64,000 nucleotides of DNA, taken from positions 1 to 64,000 of the forward strand of contig CAWEXO010000005.1 of the NCBI GenBank assembly GCA_963813025.1. The letters run 5' to 3'. The position numbers and the translations under genes were made by a program. Positions 19,615 through 29,963 of this stretch are shown one piece after another. The notes under the pieces are model-generated. The model was given only the letters and a program-made list of their open reading frames with translations. It had not been told where the DNA came from and ran no database searches. Each line of letters opens with the position of its first letter. The first letter of the stretch is position 1. Source of the DNA: an uncultured Verrucomicrobiae bacterium (GTDB lineage Bacteria; Verrucomicrobiota; Verrucomicrobiia; Chthoniobacterales; JAFAMB01).

Positions 19615-21555
19615 ATGTCGGTAATGCAAAATCAAATATGCCACCGGCTGTTGGAGATGCAGGCAGCGCAAGCGCCCGGCAGGGTGGCGGTCATCTGCAA
19701 AGACCAGCAACTGACTTTTTCCCAACTGAACACTCGTGCGAATCAGTTGGCGCGTTTCTTACGGGCGATGGGCGTGGGACCGGAGGTCCTGGTAGGGGTT
19801 TACCTGGAGCGATCGCTGGAAGTCGCGGTGGCCATCTACGCTGTGCTTAAGGCGGGCGGAGCTTATTTACCGCTGGATCCAGAATATCCGCAAGATCGCT
19901 TGACATTCATGGCAGAGAACGCCCAAACGGAAATACTCTTGACCCAGGAACGGCTGTCTTCATCCCTGCCTAAATACCAGGGCCGGGTAATCTCTCTGGA
20001 TACGGCGTGGCCTTCGATTGCCCACCAGAGCGAGACGGACCTAAATGACACTGTTCAAGGGGAAGCGCTCGCCTACGTGATCTATACGTCCGGATCAACG
20101 GGACAACCGAAAGGCGCCATGCTCACCCACGCCAATCTGTCCCATTACGTGTGTGCTCTCCAGGCAGAGTTAGGCGTTACTCATGAAGATGTATACCTGC
20201 ATACCGCTTCGATGGCCTTTTCATCTTCTCGGCGCCAGTTAATGCTGCCGCTTTCCCAAGGCGCGACGGTCGTTATGGCTACCGCCGACCAGAGGAAAGA
20301 CCCATTGGCATTGTTTTCTTTAGTCAAACAGCGCGGCGTGACGATTATGGATGCCGTCCCTTCCTTCTGGCGCACCGCTACCCACCTCCTCGCTAGTCTG
20401 GAGCCCGAGGTGAGACGCAATCTTTTGGACAATCGATTGCGCCTGATCCTGTCCGCCAGTGAACCGCTACTGTCCGATGTGCCCAGAACCTGGACTCATG
20501 AGTTTCGGCATCCGGCGCAGCATATTCACATGTACGGGCAAACTGAGACTAGTGGCATTGTCTCTCTCTACCGAATTCCCGTCGAAAACGACGAGTCGAT
20601 CAAGCCCGTTCCCGTCGGCCGCCCCATCGCCAATATTCAGATTCATTTGCTAGGCTCTGATGGTCAGCCGGTAAAGGTTGGTGAGCCAGGGGAAATCCAT
20701 ATTGGCGGGGCGGGCGTAGGTCGTGGCTATCTCAGACACCCGGAATTAACTGCAGCGAAATTTATTCCCGACCCATTTAGCAGCCGGCAAGGCGAACGTC
20801 TCTACAAGACAGGCGATTGGGCTCGCCATCTGCCCGACGGCAATCTCGAATGCCTCGGCCGGCAAGATCATCAGATAAAAATTCGCGGCTTCAGGGTCGA
20901 GTTGGGAGAAATTCGAGCCGTATTGGCCCGACATCCACGTGTACGGGAAACCGCGGTTATTGTGCGCGAGGACGTTTCGGATGAGAAGTGTCTGGTAGCC
21001 TACATTGTTCCGCACCAGGTCCAGCAAACGACAACCGAAGAACTCCGCCGGTTCCTCAAGCAGAACCTGCCGGACTACATGGTGCCAGCGTTCTTCGTCC
21101 TGCTGGAAAGACTGCCCTACGCCCCCAATGGCAAAGTCGATCTCCATGCTTTACCTGCTCCTGACCAGTCGCAGCCTGACCGGTCAAGCACCTATATTGC
21201 TCCCTGCTCTCGCATCGAAAAGCAAATTGCTGATATCTATGCGCAAGTCCTCAGTCTGGAACGGATTGGGATCACCGATGATTTTTTTGAGCTTGGCGGC
21301 GATTCGCTCCTCGCGGTGCGTGCGATGAATCGGGTGCAGAAGTTAATCGGGAGACAATTGCCGCTCGTCTTAATCTTTGAAGCACCGACGATCGCACAGC
21401 TGGTGGAGTTACTGGAAAAAGCTTATGTCGTCGACTGGGAACACGACAAGGGGCGCCCCGACGACAAGAACGTTACGCAGGTGCGCACCGCTTCGGCCTC
21501 CGCGCGGATAGACCCGATCAGGGTTTTACCTCGTGTGCGCCAGTGTGCGAAGTAG
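19615..21555 (+). CDS. Stand-alone NRPS A-T didomain (NRPS-A) with non-canonical pocket
   Basis: YTSGSTGQPKG, YKTGD, KIRGFRVELGEI, PNGKVD; T motif FFELGGDSLLA; AFSSSRRQ replaces FDxSxxE. Confidence 0.93.
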   Translation: MSVMQNQICHRLLEMQAAQAPGRVAVICKDQQLTFSQLNTRANQLARFLRAMGVGPEVLVGVYLERSLEVAVAIYAVLKAGGAYLPLDPEYPQDRLTFMAENAQTEILLTQERLSSSLPKYQGRVISLDTAWPSIAHQSETDLNDTVQGEALAYVIYTSGSTGQPKGAMLTHANLSHYVCALQAELGVTHEDVYLHTASMAFSSSRRQLMLPLSQGATVVMATADQRKDPLALFSLVKQRGVTIMDAVPSFWRTATHLLASLEPEVRRNLLDNRLRLILSASEPLLSDVPRTWTHEFRHPAQHIHMYGQTETSGIVSLYRIPVENDESIKPVPVGRPIANIQIHLLGSDGQPVKVGEPGEIHIGGAGVGRGYLRHPELTAAKFIPDPFSSRQGERLYKTGDWARHLPDGNLECLGRQDHQIKIRGFRVELGEIRAVLARHPRVRETAVIVREDVSDEKCLVAYIVPHQVQQTTTEELRRFLKQNLPDYMVPAFFVLLERLPYAPNGKVDLHALPAPDQSQPDRSSTYIAPCSRIEKQIADIYAQVLSLERIGITDDFFELGGDSLLAVRAMNRVQKLIGRQLPLVLIFEAPTIAQLVELLEKAYVVDWEHDKGRPDDKNVTQVRTASASARIDPIRVLPRVRQCAK

Positions 21556-21869
21556 ATCGTACGATGCAATGAACGGGGATTTTTCCCAAAGGTCTCAGGT
21601 CATTGGCGTCTGCACATCGGCTATCACTCCAATCTCTTCGACGTTATAAGAACTGCCCGAGCGAGAGATGGTTTGGGTCGAGCTCCTACGCGTTCGTACG
21701 CGATGCAATGCAACCTGGTGCTTTTCGCGCAGATGCATTTTCCCGTGTTGCTTTATCAAGAAAGAATCATGGACATGCTAGAGCAACGATGGCTCAAGTC
21801 GGCTGAAGATTCTGAGCAAGCAAGAGGACGCAACGCCTTTCACCGCGTCTGAAGGCAGCCTCGCAAAGT

Positions 21870-21968
21870 ATTCCAGGCTCTTCCTGATCGAATTTGGTGC
21901 CCAAATTTTTGTTAAGATTTCGTAACAATGTGCTAATAAGCGGCAAGGATTGGCCGATTAGCTTCGCT
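21870..21968 (+). promoter_or_regulatory. Conserved upstream module, copy 3
   Basis: ttccaggctc...tttttgttaagatttcgtaacaatgtgctaataagc...gattggccgattagcttcgct, ending 22 bp before NRPS-B ATG. Confidence 0.75.
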
Positions 21969-21990
21969 ACTTCTTTGGATCGCTGATTTT

Positions 21991-24900
21991 ATGAATGGAG
22001 TCATTGGGCAAGGTCAGGTGGCTGAACTTGAAGCGACGGAGGATGTCTTTGTTCTTCCGACTTCCTTTGCTCAGCAAAGGTTGTGGCTTCTCGATCAGCT
22101 CAATCCGCAAGCTGCCGCTTACAATATGCCCACGGCGCTCCGCCTTATCGGGGACCTGGACATTGAAGCCTTAGAGCAAAGCCTCTCTGAAATCGTCCGG
22201 CGCCACGAGATATTGCGCACGACGTTTCGGGCGGTTGACGACGAGCCGATGCAAGTCATCGCACCAGCCCGGGCGGTGAGGCTGCCCATCACCGACTTAC
22301 GCGAACTGGAGCCTGGCGCGCGTGCACAGGAGGAGCGCCGACTGATCAATGAGGAAGCTTGGACCCCATTTGATCTTTCGTGCGGACCTTTACTGCGCAC
22401 ACGCTTGTTCCGCACGGGCACGGCGGAACACGTCTTGGTGATAGTCCAACACCATATTACCAACGACGGGTGGTCCAAAGAGGTGTTCATGCGCGAGCTG
22501 ATCATTGCGTATGAGGCGTTCAGCGAAGGATGCGAGCCAGAACTGCCGGAGTTGCCAATCCAGTATGCGGACTTCGCGCAGTGGCAGCGCGAACTGCTCC
22601 AAGGCGAGACGCTGGAACAAGAGCTGGAATACTGGCGAAGCCAGTTGGCGGATCTGCCCGGCTCCGAACTGCCCACCGATCGTCGGCGCCCACCGATCCA
22701 AACTTTCGCCGGCGCCACCGAATCATTCACTATAGCGCCTGAGCTCAGCAACGCGCTGAAGAACTTGAGCAAGCGCGAGCGCGCAACATTGTTCGCGACC
22801 CTGTTAACTGCGTTTAAAGTGTTAACCGCACGCTACTGCGGCCAGGAAGATATCGTCGTCGGGACTCCCAGCACAAACCGCACCCGTGCAGAGTTCGAAC
22901 CGCTGATTGGATTTTTCGTTAACACGCTCGTGATCCGCACCAAACTGGATGCTGATCCAACCTTTCGGGAGGCGCTCCGGCGTGTACGCCAGACGGTGTT
23001 GGGCGCCCTGGAACACCAGGATTTGCCCTTTGATCGGCTCGTCCATGAGCTGGCTCCCACGCGGAATGTCAATCAGACCCCCTTCTTTCAGGTCATGTTC
23101 GCCCTGGCCGAGGCTCATTCCAAGACGCGAAGAATGGCTGATTTGCAAATGGTTCCGATCGAAATCAAAGACCGCTTCGCCAAGTTCGACCTCCTGCTGG
23201 AGGTTACCGATGAGCGTGATACTTTACGCGGCTCGCTGAACTATAATGTCGATCTGTTCGACGCCGCCACCATCCGCCGGATGGCCGGCCATTTTTGCAC
23301 CCTGCTCGCCGGGATTGTGGCGAACCCGGAGGCACGCCTCTCAGAGCTGCCGCTGCTTGATGATGCCGAGCGGCAGCAAATTCTGGTAGATTGGAATGAC
23401 ACCGGGCGGGAGTATCCCGCCACCAACATTTGTCTCCACGAGTTAATCGAGAAGCAGGTCGAGCGGACTCCGGATGCGGTTGCGCTGATTTTCGAAGAGG
23501 AGCCTCTTACTTACAGAGAACTGAACCGGCGCGCGAACCGGCTGGCGCATCGGCTGCGTCAGCTCGGCGTCGGCCCTGAGGCAATCGTCGGCGTTTTCGC
23601 TGAACGCTCGCTCGAGATGGTCACAGGCCTGATCGCCACGCTTAAGGCTGGCGGGGCGTATCTGCCACTCGATCCCACCTATCCGGCCGATCGACTCGCA
23701 TTCATGCTTGGCGACGCCAAGCCGGCCGTTGTGCTCATGCAACGCCGCCTGGCTGCGCAGTTGCCTGCGCACGACAAAAAAGTCGTTTTCCTCGAGGACG
23801 ATTTGGCTGGGGAGAGCGATACCAATCCCCCCAACCGGACGCAGCCGGAGAATCTCGCGTACGTGCTCTACACGTCTGGTTCAACGGGTCAGCCAAAGGG
23901 AGTACTCATTGAGCAAAGGGCGATTGTAAATCAGTTGTTGTGGAGAATCGAGCAGTACGGCCTGGATAGCCGAGACGTTTTCTTACAGAAGACCACCTTC
24001 ACCTTTGACGTCTCTGTTTGGGAACTCTTATTACCGCCGATGCTGGGTGCCAGGATGGTGCTGTTGCGTCCCGGAGCGGAGAAAGAGCCCTTGGAATTGG
24101 CTGCAGCGATCAAACGCAACCAGGTTACGGTGATCCATTTTGTGCCTTCGATGTTGACTGTGTTCCTGGAATCCCTGGAGGCCAAACGATCGTTGGGAAC
24201 TCTGCGGCGTTGTTTTTGCGGGGGAGAATCCCTGACGCCAGAACTGACGAAAAGATTCTTTGATCAGTTTGGGGATCGCACCGAACTGCATAATCTTTAC
24301 GGCCCGACCGAGACTGCCATCGACGTGACCTTTTATCCGGTGAGTTCGCCCGAGGACACAATCCCGATCGGACGACCCGTTGCCAATACCAGCATCTATC
24401 TCCTGGACAGGAATAAACGGCCGGTACCCATCGGGGTAGCCGGGGAATTGTGCATCGGCGGGGTCCAGGTCGCACGCGGATACCTGAATCGGCCGGAACT
24501 GACGGCCGAACGTTTCATCGCTAACCCGTTTAAGGCTGGAGAACGGCTCTACCGGAGCGGCGACCTGGCACGATGGCGCGCCGACGGCAATATCGAGTAC
24601 CTCGGACGAATGGATCATCAGGTCAAGGTTCGCGGCTTTCGCATCGAGCTCGGGGAGATCGAGGCAGCACTGCTTGGCGATGGTGGCGTTGCCCAGACGG
24701 CTGTTCTTGTCCGTGAGGATCATCCAGGTGAAAAGCGGCTGATTGGCTATGTTGTGCCTGCGATTGCTCAAAGTATCGATCCTGCAGCGTTACGCGCCCA
24801 TCTGAACAAAAGCCTGCCTAACTACATGGTGCCGGTGGCGATTGTCGTGCTGGAGAAGTTGCCGCTCAATGCCAATGGCAAGCTGGACCGCAAGGCGCTG

Positions 24901-27900
24901 CCCGCCCCGGATCTGAGCACAGCGAGCAAGAACTATGTGGCGCCACGCAACGAACTCGAAGAGCAACTGGTCAAAGTGTGGCAAGAGGTGCTCGGCGTTC
25001 AGCCAATTGGTGTTACCGACGATTTTTTCACGCTGGGCGGTCACTCGCTACTTGCACTGCGAGTCGTGAGTCGCTCGAATGCCTTGAGCGGTAAACAGCT
25101 CTCCCTCTCGGCGATCTTCGAGGCAAAGACCATCGCCCAATTGGCGCAACGGCTGCAGGGAAACGATTTAACAGCCGGTGCGTCGGACCAAGACCCCACA
25201 AACCAAGAGAAGGGCAGCATGCCTATCGCGCGCCTGCCTCGGGCCGAAGGAGCGGCTGAGCTTGTTTTTCCTACCTCGTTTGCACAGCAAAGGCTCTGGT
25301 TCATCGATCAGCTCGAGCCGCAAAGCACCGTTTACAACGTGCCTGCAGCCGTGCGCATCGTCGGTGAACTGGACATTGCGGCATTTGAGCAGAGTTTCTC
25401 TGAGCTTGTGCGGCGTCACGAAGTTTTGCGCACCACGTTTCGCGCGATCGATGGTCAGCCGATACAGGTCATCGCTCGCCCCAGCGAACTAAGGCTGCCC
25501 ATCACGGACTTGCGCGGACTGGAGCCCGTCGCGCGTGCAGAGGAGGAGCGCCGCCTCATTGCCGAGGAAGCAGGGACACACTTTGACCTGGCCCGCGGCC
25601 CGCTGCTGCGGGCCAGATTGCTGCGCACTGGCGACCAGGAACACGTGCTGGTCACTACCTTGCACCACATCATTACTGACGAGTGGTCAAATGACTTGTT
25701 CCTGAGCGAGTTGATCGCGGGCTATGAGGCATTTGCCGAAGGCCGCCAACCCAATTTGCCTGAGTTATCAATCCAATACGCCGATTTCGCCCACTGGGAG
25801 CGCGCATCTTTACAGGACGGTGCACTCGAAGAGCAACTCGGCTACTGGCGGGAGAAACTGGCCGATCTACCGGTTCTTCAATTACCCACCGATCGTCCGC
25901 GGCCGGCGGTGCCAACCTTCCGCGGTGGGTCTGAATCGATCGAACTGCCAGCCGAGCTGGCCGATGCGCTGAAGGCACTGAGCCGGCGCGAGGGCGCCAC
26001 GGTTTTTATGACGCTGCTGACGGCGTTCAAAGCCTTGCTGGCTCGTTACACCAGTCAGGAGGACGTCGTCATCGGCTCTCCGATTACAAACCGCACCCGT
26101 TCGGAAACCGAAAACCTGATAGGGTTTTTCCTCAATACGCTTGTGCTGCGAACCGCGCTTGACGGCGAGCCCAGCTTCCGTGAGGCGCTGCACCGGGTGA
26201 GTGAGACGGTTCTCGGCGCGTTCGAACATCAGGGGATGCCATTTGACATGCTCGTCCAGGCGTTAGCTCCCGAGCGGCACTTGAACCAGAATCCGCTGTT
26301 CCAAGTCTCCTTAGTGGTGCTGAACACCCGTTCCCAGGCGCTTCGGATGGGCGATTTGATCCTGGATCCGATCAAGACCGATCGTCACTCCGCAAAATTC
26401 GATCTGACGATGTTTTTGTTTGACGGGCCGGAGGGCATTCGTGGATCGCTGGCCTATAGCGCCGATCTGTTTGAGGCGGCAACCATACGGCGCATGGTCG
26501 AGCACTTCCACATGTTACTGGAAGGGATCGTCGCCCATCCGGAGGCGCGGCTCTCGCAACTGCCAATCCTCACCGGCGCTGAGAAGGACCAGATCGTTGT
26601 TCAGTGGAACCGAACACAAACGCAGTTCCCTCACGAAGCCAGTATTAGCGAGCTTTTCGAGCAGCAAGTCACCCAGACTCCGGAGGCAATCGCGATTGAG
26701 CATGGCACGACTCGTTGGACCTATCGCGAACTCAATGAGCGAGCCAACCGGCTGGCGCACGCCCTCCGCGACGCAGGCGCAAGCGCTGAAACGCTGATCG
26801 GCATTTGCCTGGAGCGATCTGCCGAGATGATTGCCGCAATGCTGGCGATCCTGAAAGCCGGGGGTGCTTACGTGCCGATCGATCCGGCCTATCCGGCCGC
26901 GCGACGATCGCTGATGCTTGAAGGTGTTTCATTCTTAGTGACCACCAGGCAGCTTGCTCACGAATTTGCCGACTGCACGGCACGCGTGGTTCGCGTTGAC
27001 GACAAAGGTGACTCGGCCGCGAACAAGCAAAATCTCCCGTGCCCGTCCAACGGCGGCAGTCTTGCCTATGTGATCTACACTTCGGGCTCGACGGGCCAGC
27101 CCAAAGGCGTCGCCATTGTGCACCGCGCGGTGAATCGGCTGGTCATCAACACTAACTACATTGCTCTCGACCAATCGGACGTAGTTGCCCAAACCTCCAA
27201 CTGTTGTTTTGACGCGGCGACCTTTGAAATCTGGGGTGCGCTGTTAAACGGCGCGCGTCTGGTCGTGCTCAGCAAGGATCTCACTCTGTCGCCCGCGAGC
27301 TTTCTGAAAGAAATCAAACAGCGTGGGATCACTACCCTTTGGCTCACGACCTCGCTCTTTAATCTGATGGCTCAGCACGAGCCGCGTGCTTTTGCCGGGC
27401 TGCGCAATGTCCTCTTCGGTGGGGAGGCCGCGGACGCGCGCAGTGTGGCTGCGGTACTGAAACAAGGCGCGCCCGGGCGTCTCATCAACGGCTATGGGCC
27501 GACCGAGACAACGACATTCGCGATCTGCCACGAAGTCCGTTCTGTGCCCGAAGAGGCGGCATCTATCCCCATTGGACGACCGATTTCCAATACGACGATT
27601 TACATCCTCGATGCCCACCAAAACCCTGTGCCGATTGGGGTTGCCGGGGAAATCTACATCGGCGGGCCGGGTGTCGCACGAGGCTATGTCGGCGCGCCGG
27701 AACTAACGGCCGAGCGGTTCCTTCCTGATCGGTTTTCGAGCGAACCCGATGCGCGTCTCTACAGAACGGGCGATCTGGCGCGCTGGTTACCCGATGGCAC
27801 CATCGAGTACCTGGGCCGCATTGACCAGCAGGTCAAAATCAGGGGCTTTCGCATTGAACCTGGCGAGATCGAAGCGGCCTTAAAGCAGCACCCGGCAGTA

Positions 27901-29265
27901 CGCGATGCGGTGGTCGTGGTCGGCGAGCATGCCTCGGGTGATAAGCGTCTGGTGGCCTATGTCGCGGGCGAAGTCTCGGCACTGAATGACACCGCGTTAC
28001 GTGATTTTTTAAAAGCGAAATTGCCCGACTACATGGTGCCTTCGGCCATTGTGGCTTTGGAGAAATTCCCGCTCAACGCCAATGGCAAGCTGGACCGCCA
28101 TGCGCTGCCCGAGCCGGATCAAAGCGCCGCGAGCGAGCACTATGTGGCGCCGCGCAACCAACTCGAAGAGCAATTGGTCAAACTGTGGCAAGAGGTGCTC
28201 GGGGTCCAGCCCCTCGGCGTCACCAACGATTTCTTTGCGCTGGGGGGCCACTCGCTGCTGGCGGTGCGGATCTTTGCGGAAATCGAACGCATTTTTGGAA
28301 AGAAACTCCCCTTGGCGACCCTATTCCAAAGCCCGACCATCGAAAAGCTGGCGGCGGCTCTGCGGGAGCAAGGCTGGCAACCGAGCTGGTCGCCCCTGGT
28401 GGCAATCCAGCCGCGCGGACTGCGGCCGCCCTTTTTCGCGGTACACGGCGGCTATGGCGAAGTGATGTTTTACAGCGAGCTGGCGCGGTGCCTGGGGGAG
28501 GATCAACCCTTTTACGGCCTTCAGGCCGAAGGCCTGGACGGCAGTCCGATCCGGCATACTTCAATAGAAGCGATCGCGCGCTATTACCTCCAGGAGATTG
28601 GTCGAGTCCAGGCGCACGGCCCCTATTTTTTGGGCGGCTATTGTACGGGAGGCCTGGTCGCCTTGGAGATGGCGCAGCAACTCCGCGCAGCCGGGGAGGA
28701 AGTAGCTCTACTGGCGCTCTTTGACACAACCCATCCAAAGGAGCGGAACCTCCGATATCCCATTAAGAAGCGAATCCAACTCGCGTTAGACGAAGCCCGG
28801 GCTCTACCCTCGAGCGAGAAGATGCGCTATATCGCGCAGCGCGCGGAGCTCAGACTGAGATGGGAAATCTCTAAGCTGCAGAAGGCGGGCTACGATCTGA
28901 AAGAGCTGCTTTACAGGATGCAAAAGCCTGACAAGGAAAACACTAACGGTGGGCCCTTGCCTCTCAAAATGCCGGTCTGGCTGATGCTCCACCGCGCGCA
29001 GTCAGCCTATAAGCCGCACGCTTACCCTGGGCGCATTGTTCTGTTTCGGGCAATAACCTCCGATGGCCGCCAGCGGGCTGATGATCGCGGCTGGACCGGG
29101 ATCGCCGAAGGCGGCCTCGAAATTCACGATATGCCAAGCAAGCATGGAACGCTTTTTGACCCACGGTACATGGCGGCGTTTGCGGAAAAATTGGATGCCT
29201 GCATCCGAAGGGCGCGCACCAGCGAGTTGGCGTTTAACGACCGACGAGCGGAAAAGGTGCGCTGA
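21991..29265 (+). CDS. NRPS-B: C-A-T-C-A-T-TE
   Basis: C motifs HHITNDG and HHIITDE; A codes by eye DVWHFGLIDK (Ser/Glx-like) and DAFWLGGTFK (Val-like); T GGHSL twice; TE GYCTG. Confidence 0.95.
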   Translation: MNGVIGQGQVAELEATEDVFVLPTSFAQQRLWLLDQLNPQAAAYNMPTALRLIGDLDIEALEQSLSEIVRRHEILRTTFRAVDDEPMQVIAPARAVRLPITDLRELEPGARAQEERRLINEEAWTPFDLSCGPLLRTRLFRTGTAEHVLVIVQHHITNDGWSKEVFMRELIIAYEAFSEGCEPELPELPIQYADFAQWQRELLQGETLEQELEYWRSQLADLPGSELPTDRRRPPIQTFAGATESFTIAPELSNALKNLSKRERATLFATLLTAFKVLTARYCGQEDIVVGTPSTNRTRAEFEPLIGFFVNTLVIRTKLDADPTFREALRRVRQTVLGALEHQDLPFDRLVHELAPTRNVNQTPFFQVMFALAEAHSKTRRMADLQMVPIEIKDRFAKFDLLLEVTDERDTLRGSLNYNVDLFDAATIRRMAGHFCTLLAGIVANPEARLSELPLLDDAERQQILVDWNDTGREYPATNICLHELIEKQVERTPDAVALIFEEEPLTYRELNRRANRLAHRLRQLGVGPEAIVGVFAERSLEMVTGLIATLKAGGAYLPLDPTYPADRLAFMLGDAKPAVVLMQRRLAAQLPAHDKKVVFLEDDLAGESDTNPPNRTQPENLAYVLYTSGSTGQPKGVLIEQRAIVNQLLWRIEQYGLDSRDVFLQKTTFTFDVSVWELLLPPMLGARMVLLRPGAEKEPLELAAAIKRNQVTVIHFVPSMLTVFLESLEAKRSLGTLRRCFCGGESLTPELTKRFFDQFGDRTELHNLYGPTETAIDVTFYPVSSPEDTIPIGRPVANTSIYLLDRNKRPVPIGVAGELCIGGVQVARGYLNRPELTAERFIANPFKAGERLYRSGDLARWRADGNIEYLGRMDHQVKVRGFRIELGEIEAALLGDGGVAQTAVLVREDHPGEKRLIGYVVPAIAQSIDPAALRAHLNKSLPNYMVPVAIVVLEKLPLNANGKLDRKALPAPDLSTASKNYVAPRNELEEQLVKVWQEVLGVQPIGVTDDFFTLGGHSLLALRVVSRSNALSGKQLSLSAIFEAKTIAQLAQRLQGNDLTAGASDQDPTNQEKGSMPIARLPRAEGAAELVFPTSFAQQRLWFIDQLEPQSTVYNVPAAVRIVGELDIAAFEQSFSELVRRHEVLRTTFRAIDGQPIQVIARPSELRLPITDLRGLEPVARAEEERRLIAEEAGTHFDLARGPLLRARLLRTGDQEHVLVTTLHHIITDEWSNDLFLSELIAGYEAFAEGRQPNLPELSIQYADFAHWERASLQDGALEEQLGYWREKLADLPVLQLPTDRPRPAVPTFRGGSESIELPAELADALKALSRREGATVFMTLLTAFKALLARYTSQEDVVIGSPITNRTRSETENLIGFFLNTLVLRTALDGEPSFREALHRVSETVLGAFEHQGMPFDMLVQALAPERHLNQNPLFQVSLVVLNTRSQALRMGDLILDPIKTDRHSAKFDLTMFLFDGPEGIRGSLAYSADLFEAATIRRMVEHFHMLLEGIVAHPEARLSQLPILTGAEKDQIVVQWNRTQTQFPHEASISELFEQQVTQTPEAIAIEHGTTRWTYRELNERANRLAHALRDAGASAETLIGICLERSAEMIAAMLAILKAGGAYVPIDPAYPAARRSLMLEGVSFLVTTRQLAHEFADCTARVVRVDDKGDSAANKQNLPCPSNGGSLAYVIYTSGSTGQPKGVAIVHRAVNRLVINTNYIALDQSDVVAQTSNCCFDAATFEIWGALLNGARLVVLSKDLTLSPASFLKEIKQRGITTLWLTTSLFNLMAQHEPRAFAGLRNVLFGGEAADARSVAAVLKQGAPGRLINGYGPTETTTFAICHEVRSVPEEAASIPIGRPISNTTIYILDAHQNPVPIGVAGEIYIGGPGVARGYVGAPELTAERFLPDRFSSEPDARLYRTGDLARWLPDGTIEYLGRIDQQVKIRGFRIEPGEIEAALKQHPAVRDAVVVVGEHASGDKRLVAYVAGEVSALNDTALRDFLKAKLPDYMVPSAIVALEKFPLNANGKLDRHALPEPDQSAASEHYVAPRNQLEEQLVKLWQEVLGVQPLGVTNDFFALGGHSLLAVRIFAEIERIFGKKLPLATLFQSPTIEKLAAALREQGWQPSWSPLVAIQPRGLRPPFFAVHGGYGEVMFYSELARCLGEDQPFYGLQAEGLDGSPIRHTSIEAIARYYLQEIGRVQAHGPYFLGGYCTGGLVALEMAQQLRAAGEEVALLALFDTTHPKERNLRYPIKKRIQLALDEARALPSSEKMRYIAQRAELRLRWEISKLQKAGYDLKELLYRMQKPDKENTNGGPLPLKMPVWLMLHRAQSAYKPHAYPGRIVLFRAITSDGRQRADDRGWTGIAEGGLEIHDMPSKHGTLFDPRYMAAFAEKLDACIRRARTSELAFNDRRAEKVR

Positions 29266-29844
29266 AACCATCGCCCTGAGACACAAAGAAAAATACCCAC
29301 TGAAAATCCTTCTCGCTTCAGCGTCCGACGGAATAGTGTGAGGTGCACTAGCCTCTAACCTGGATCTCGCAGTTCCTAACTAACATAGATTTGTCGTCAG
29401 CTGCGATTTGAGGTCTTTTTCGAGAGGCGTCAGATCGTTGCGTCTGCACATCGACTATCACTCCGATTTTCCCGAGCTTCTTTCAAAGCTGCCCCAAGCG
29501 AGAGACGGTTGGTAGAGCTCATATGCCTCGATGTCGCAATGATATGCAGCTTGGCGTTTTTAGTATCAAATGCATTCCTCTGTGTTGAATTGTTATATAA
29601 TTCATTTCATGGCGCCTACGTCGAGCCGTAGACCTTTCCGTTAGGCGGTAACAAATGGGGATTTGATTCTCGTTTTGTCGTTTGAAAGGAATATCAATAC
29701 CGAAACCCTCGGCTGGTTAGTTGGCTTGACCGATACTAAGTCGCGCGAAAGGCGGTACAACAATCGCTCAAATCGGTTGAAGATTCTGAGCAAGCAAGGG
29801 AACGCGCCACTTCTCGCCACTGTTTCAAGTCGTCCTCGTATAGT

Positions 29845-29946
29845 ATTCCAGGCTCTCCTTGAGCCTAGTTTGCCGACGCAAATTCTTCTTAGATATCGTA
29901 ATAAATTGCTAATAAGCGTCAGGGATCGGTCGATTAACTTCGCTGT
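29845..29946 (+). promoter_or_regulatory. Conserved upstream module, copy 4
   Basis: ttccaggctc...agatatcgtaataaattgctaataagc...gatcggtcgattaacttcgct just before NRPS-C ATG. Confidence 0.72.
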
Positions 29947-29963
29947 CTTGACCGACGATTTTT

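Noticed and set aside
29342..29351. ggtgcactag as a fourth MITE end
   Set aside because: Only 10 bp match with no flanking similarity
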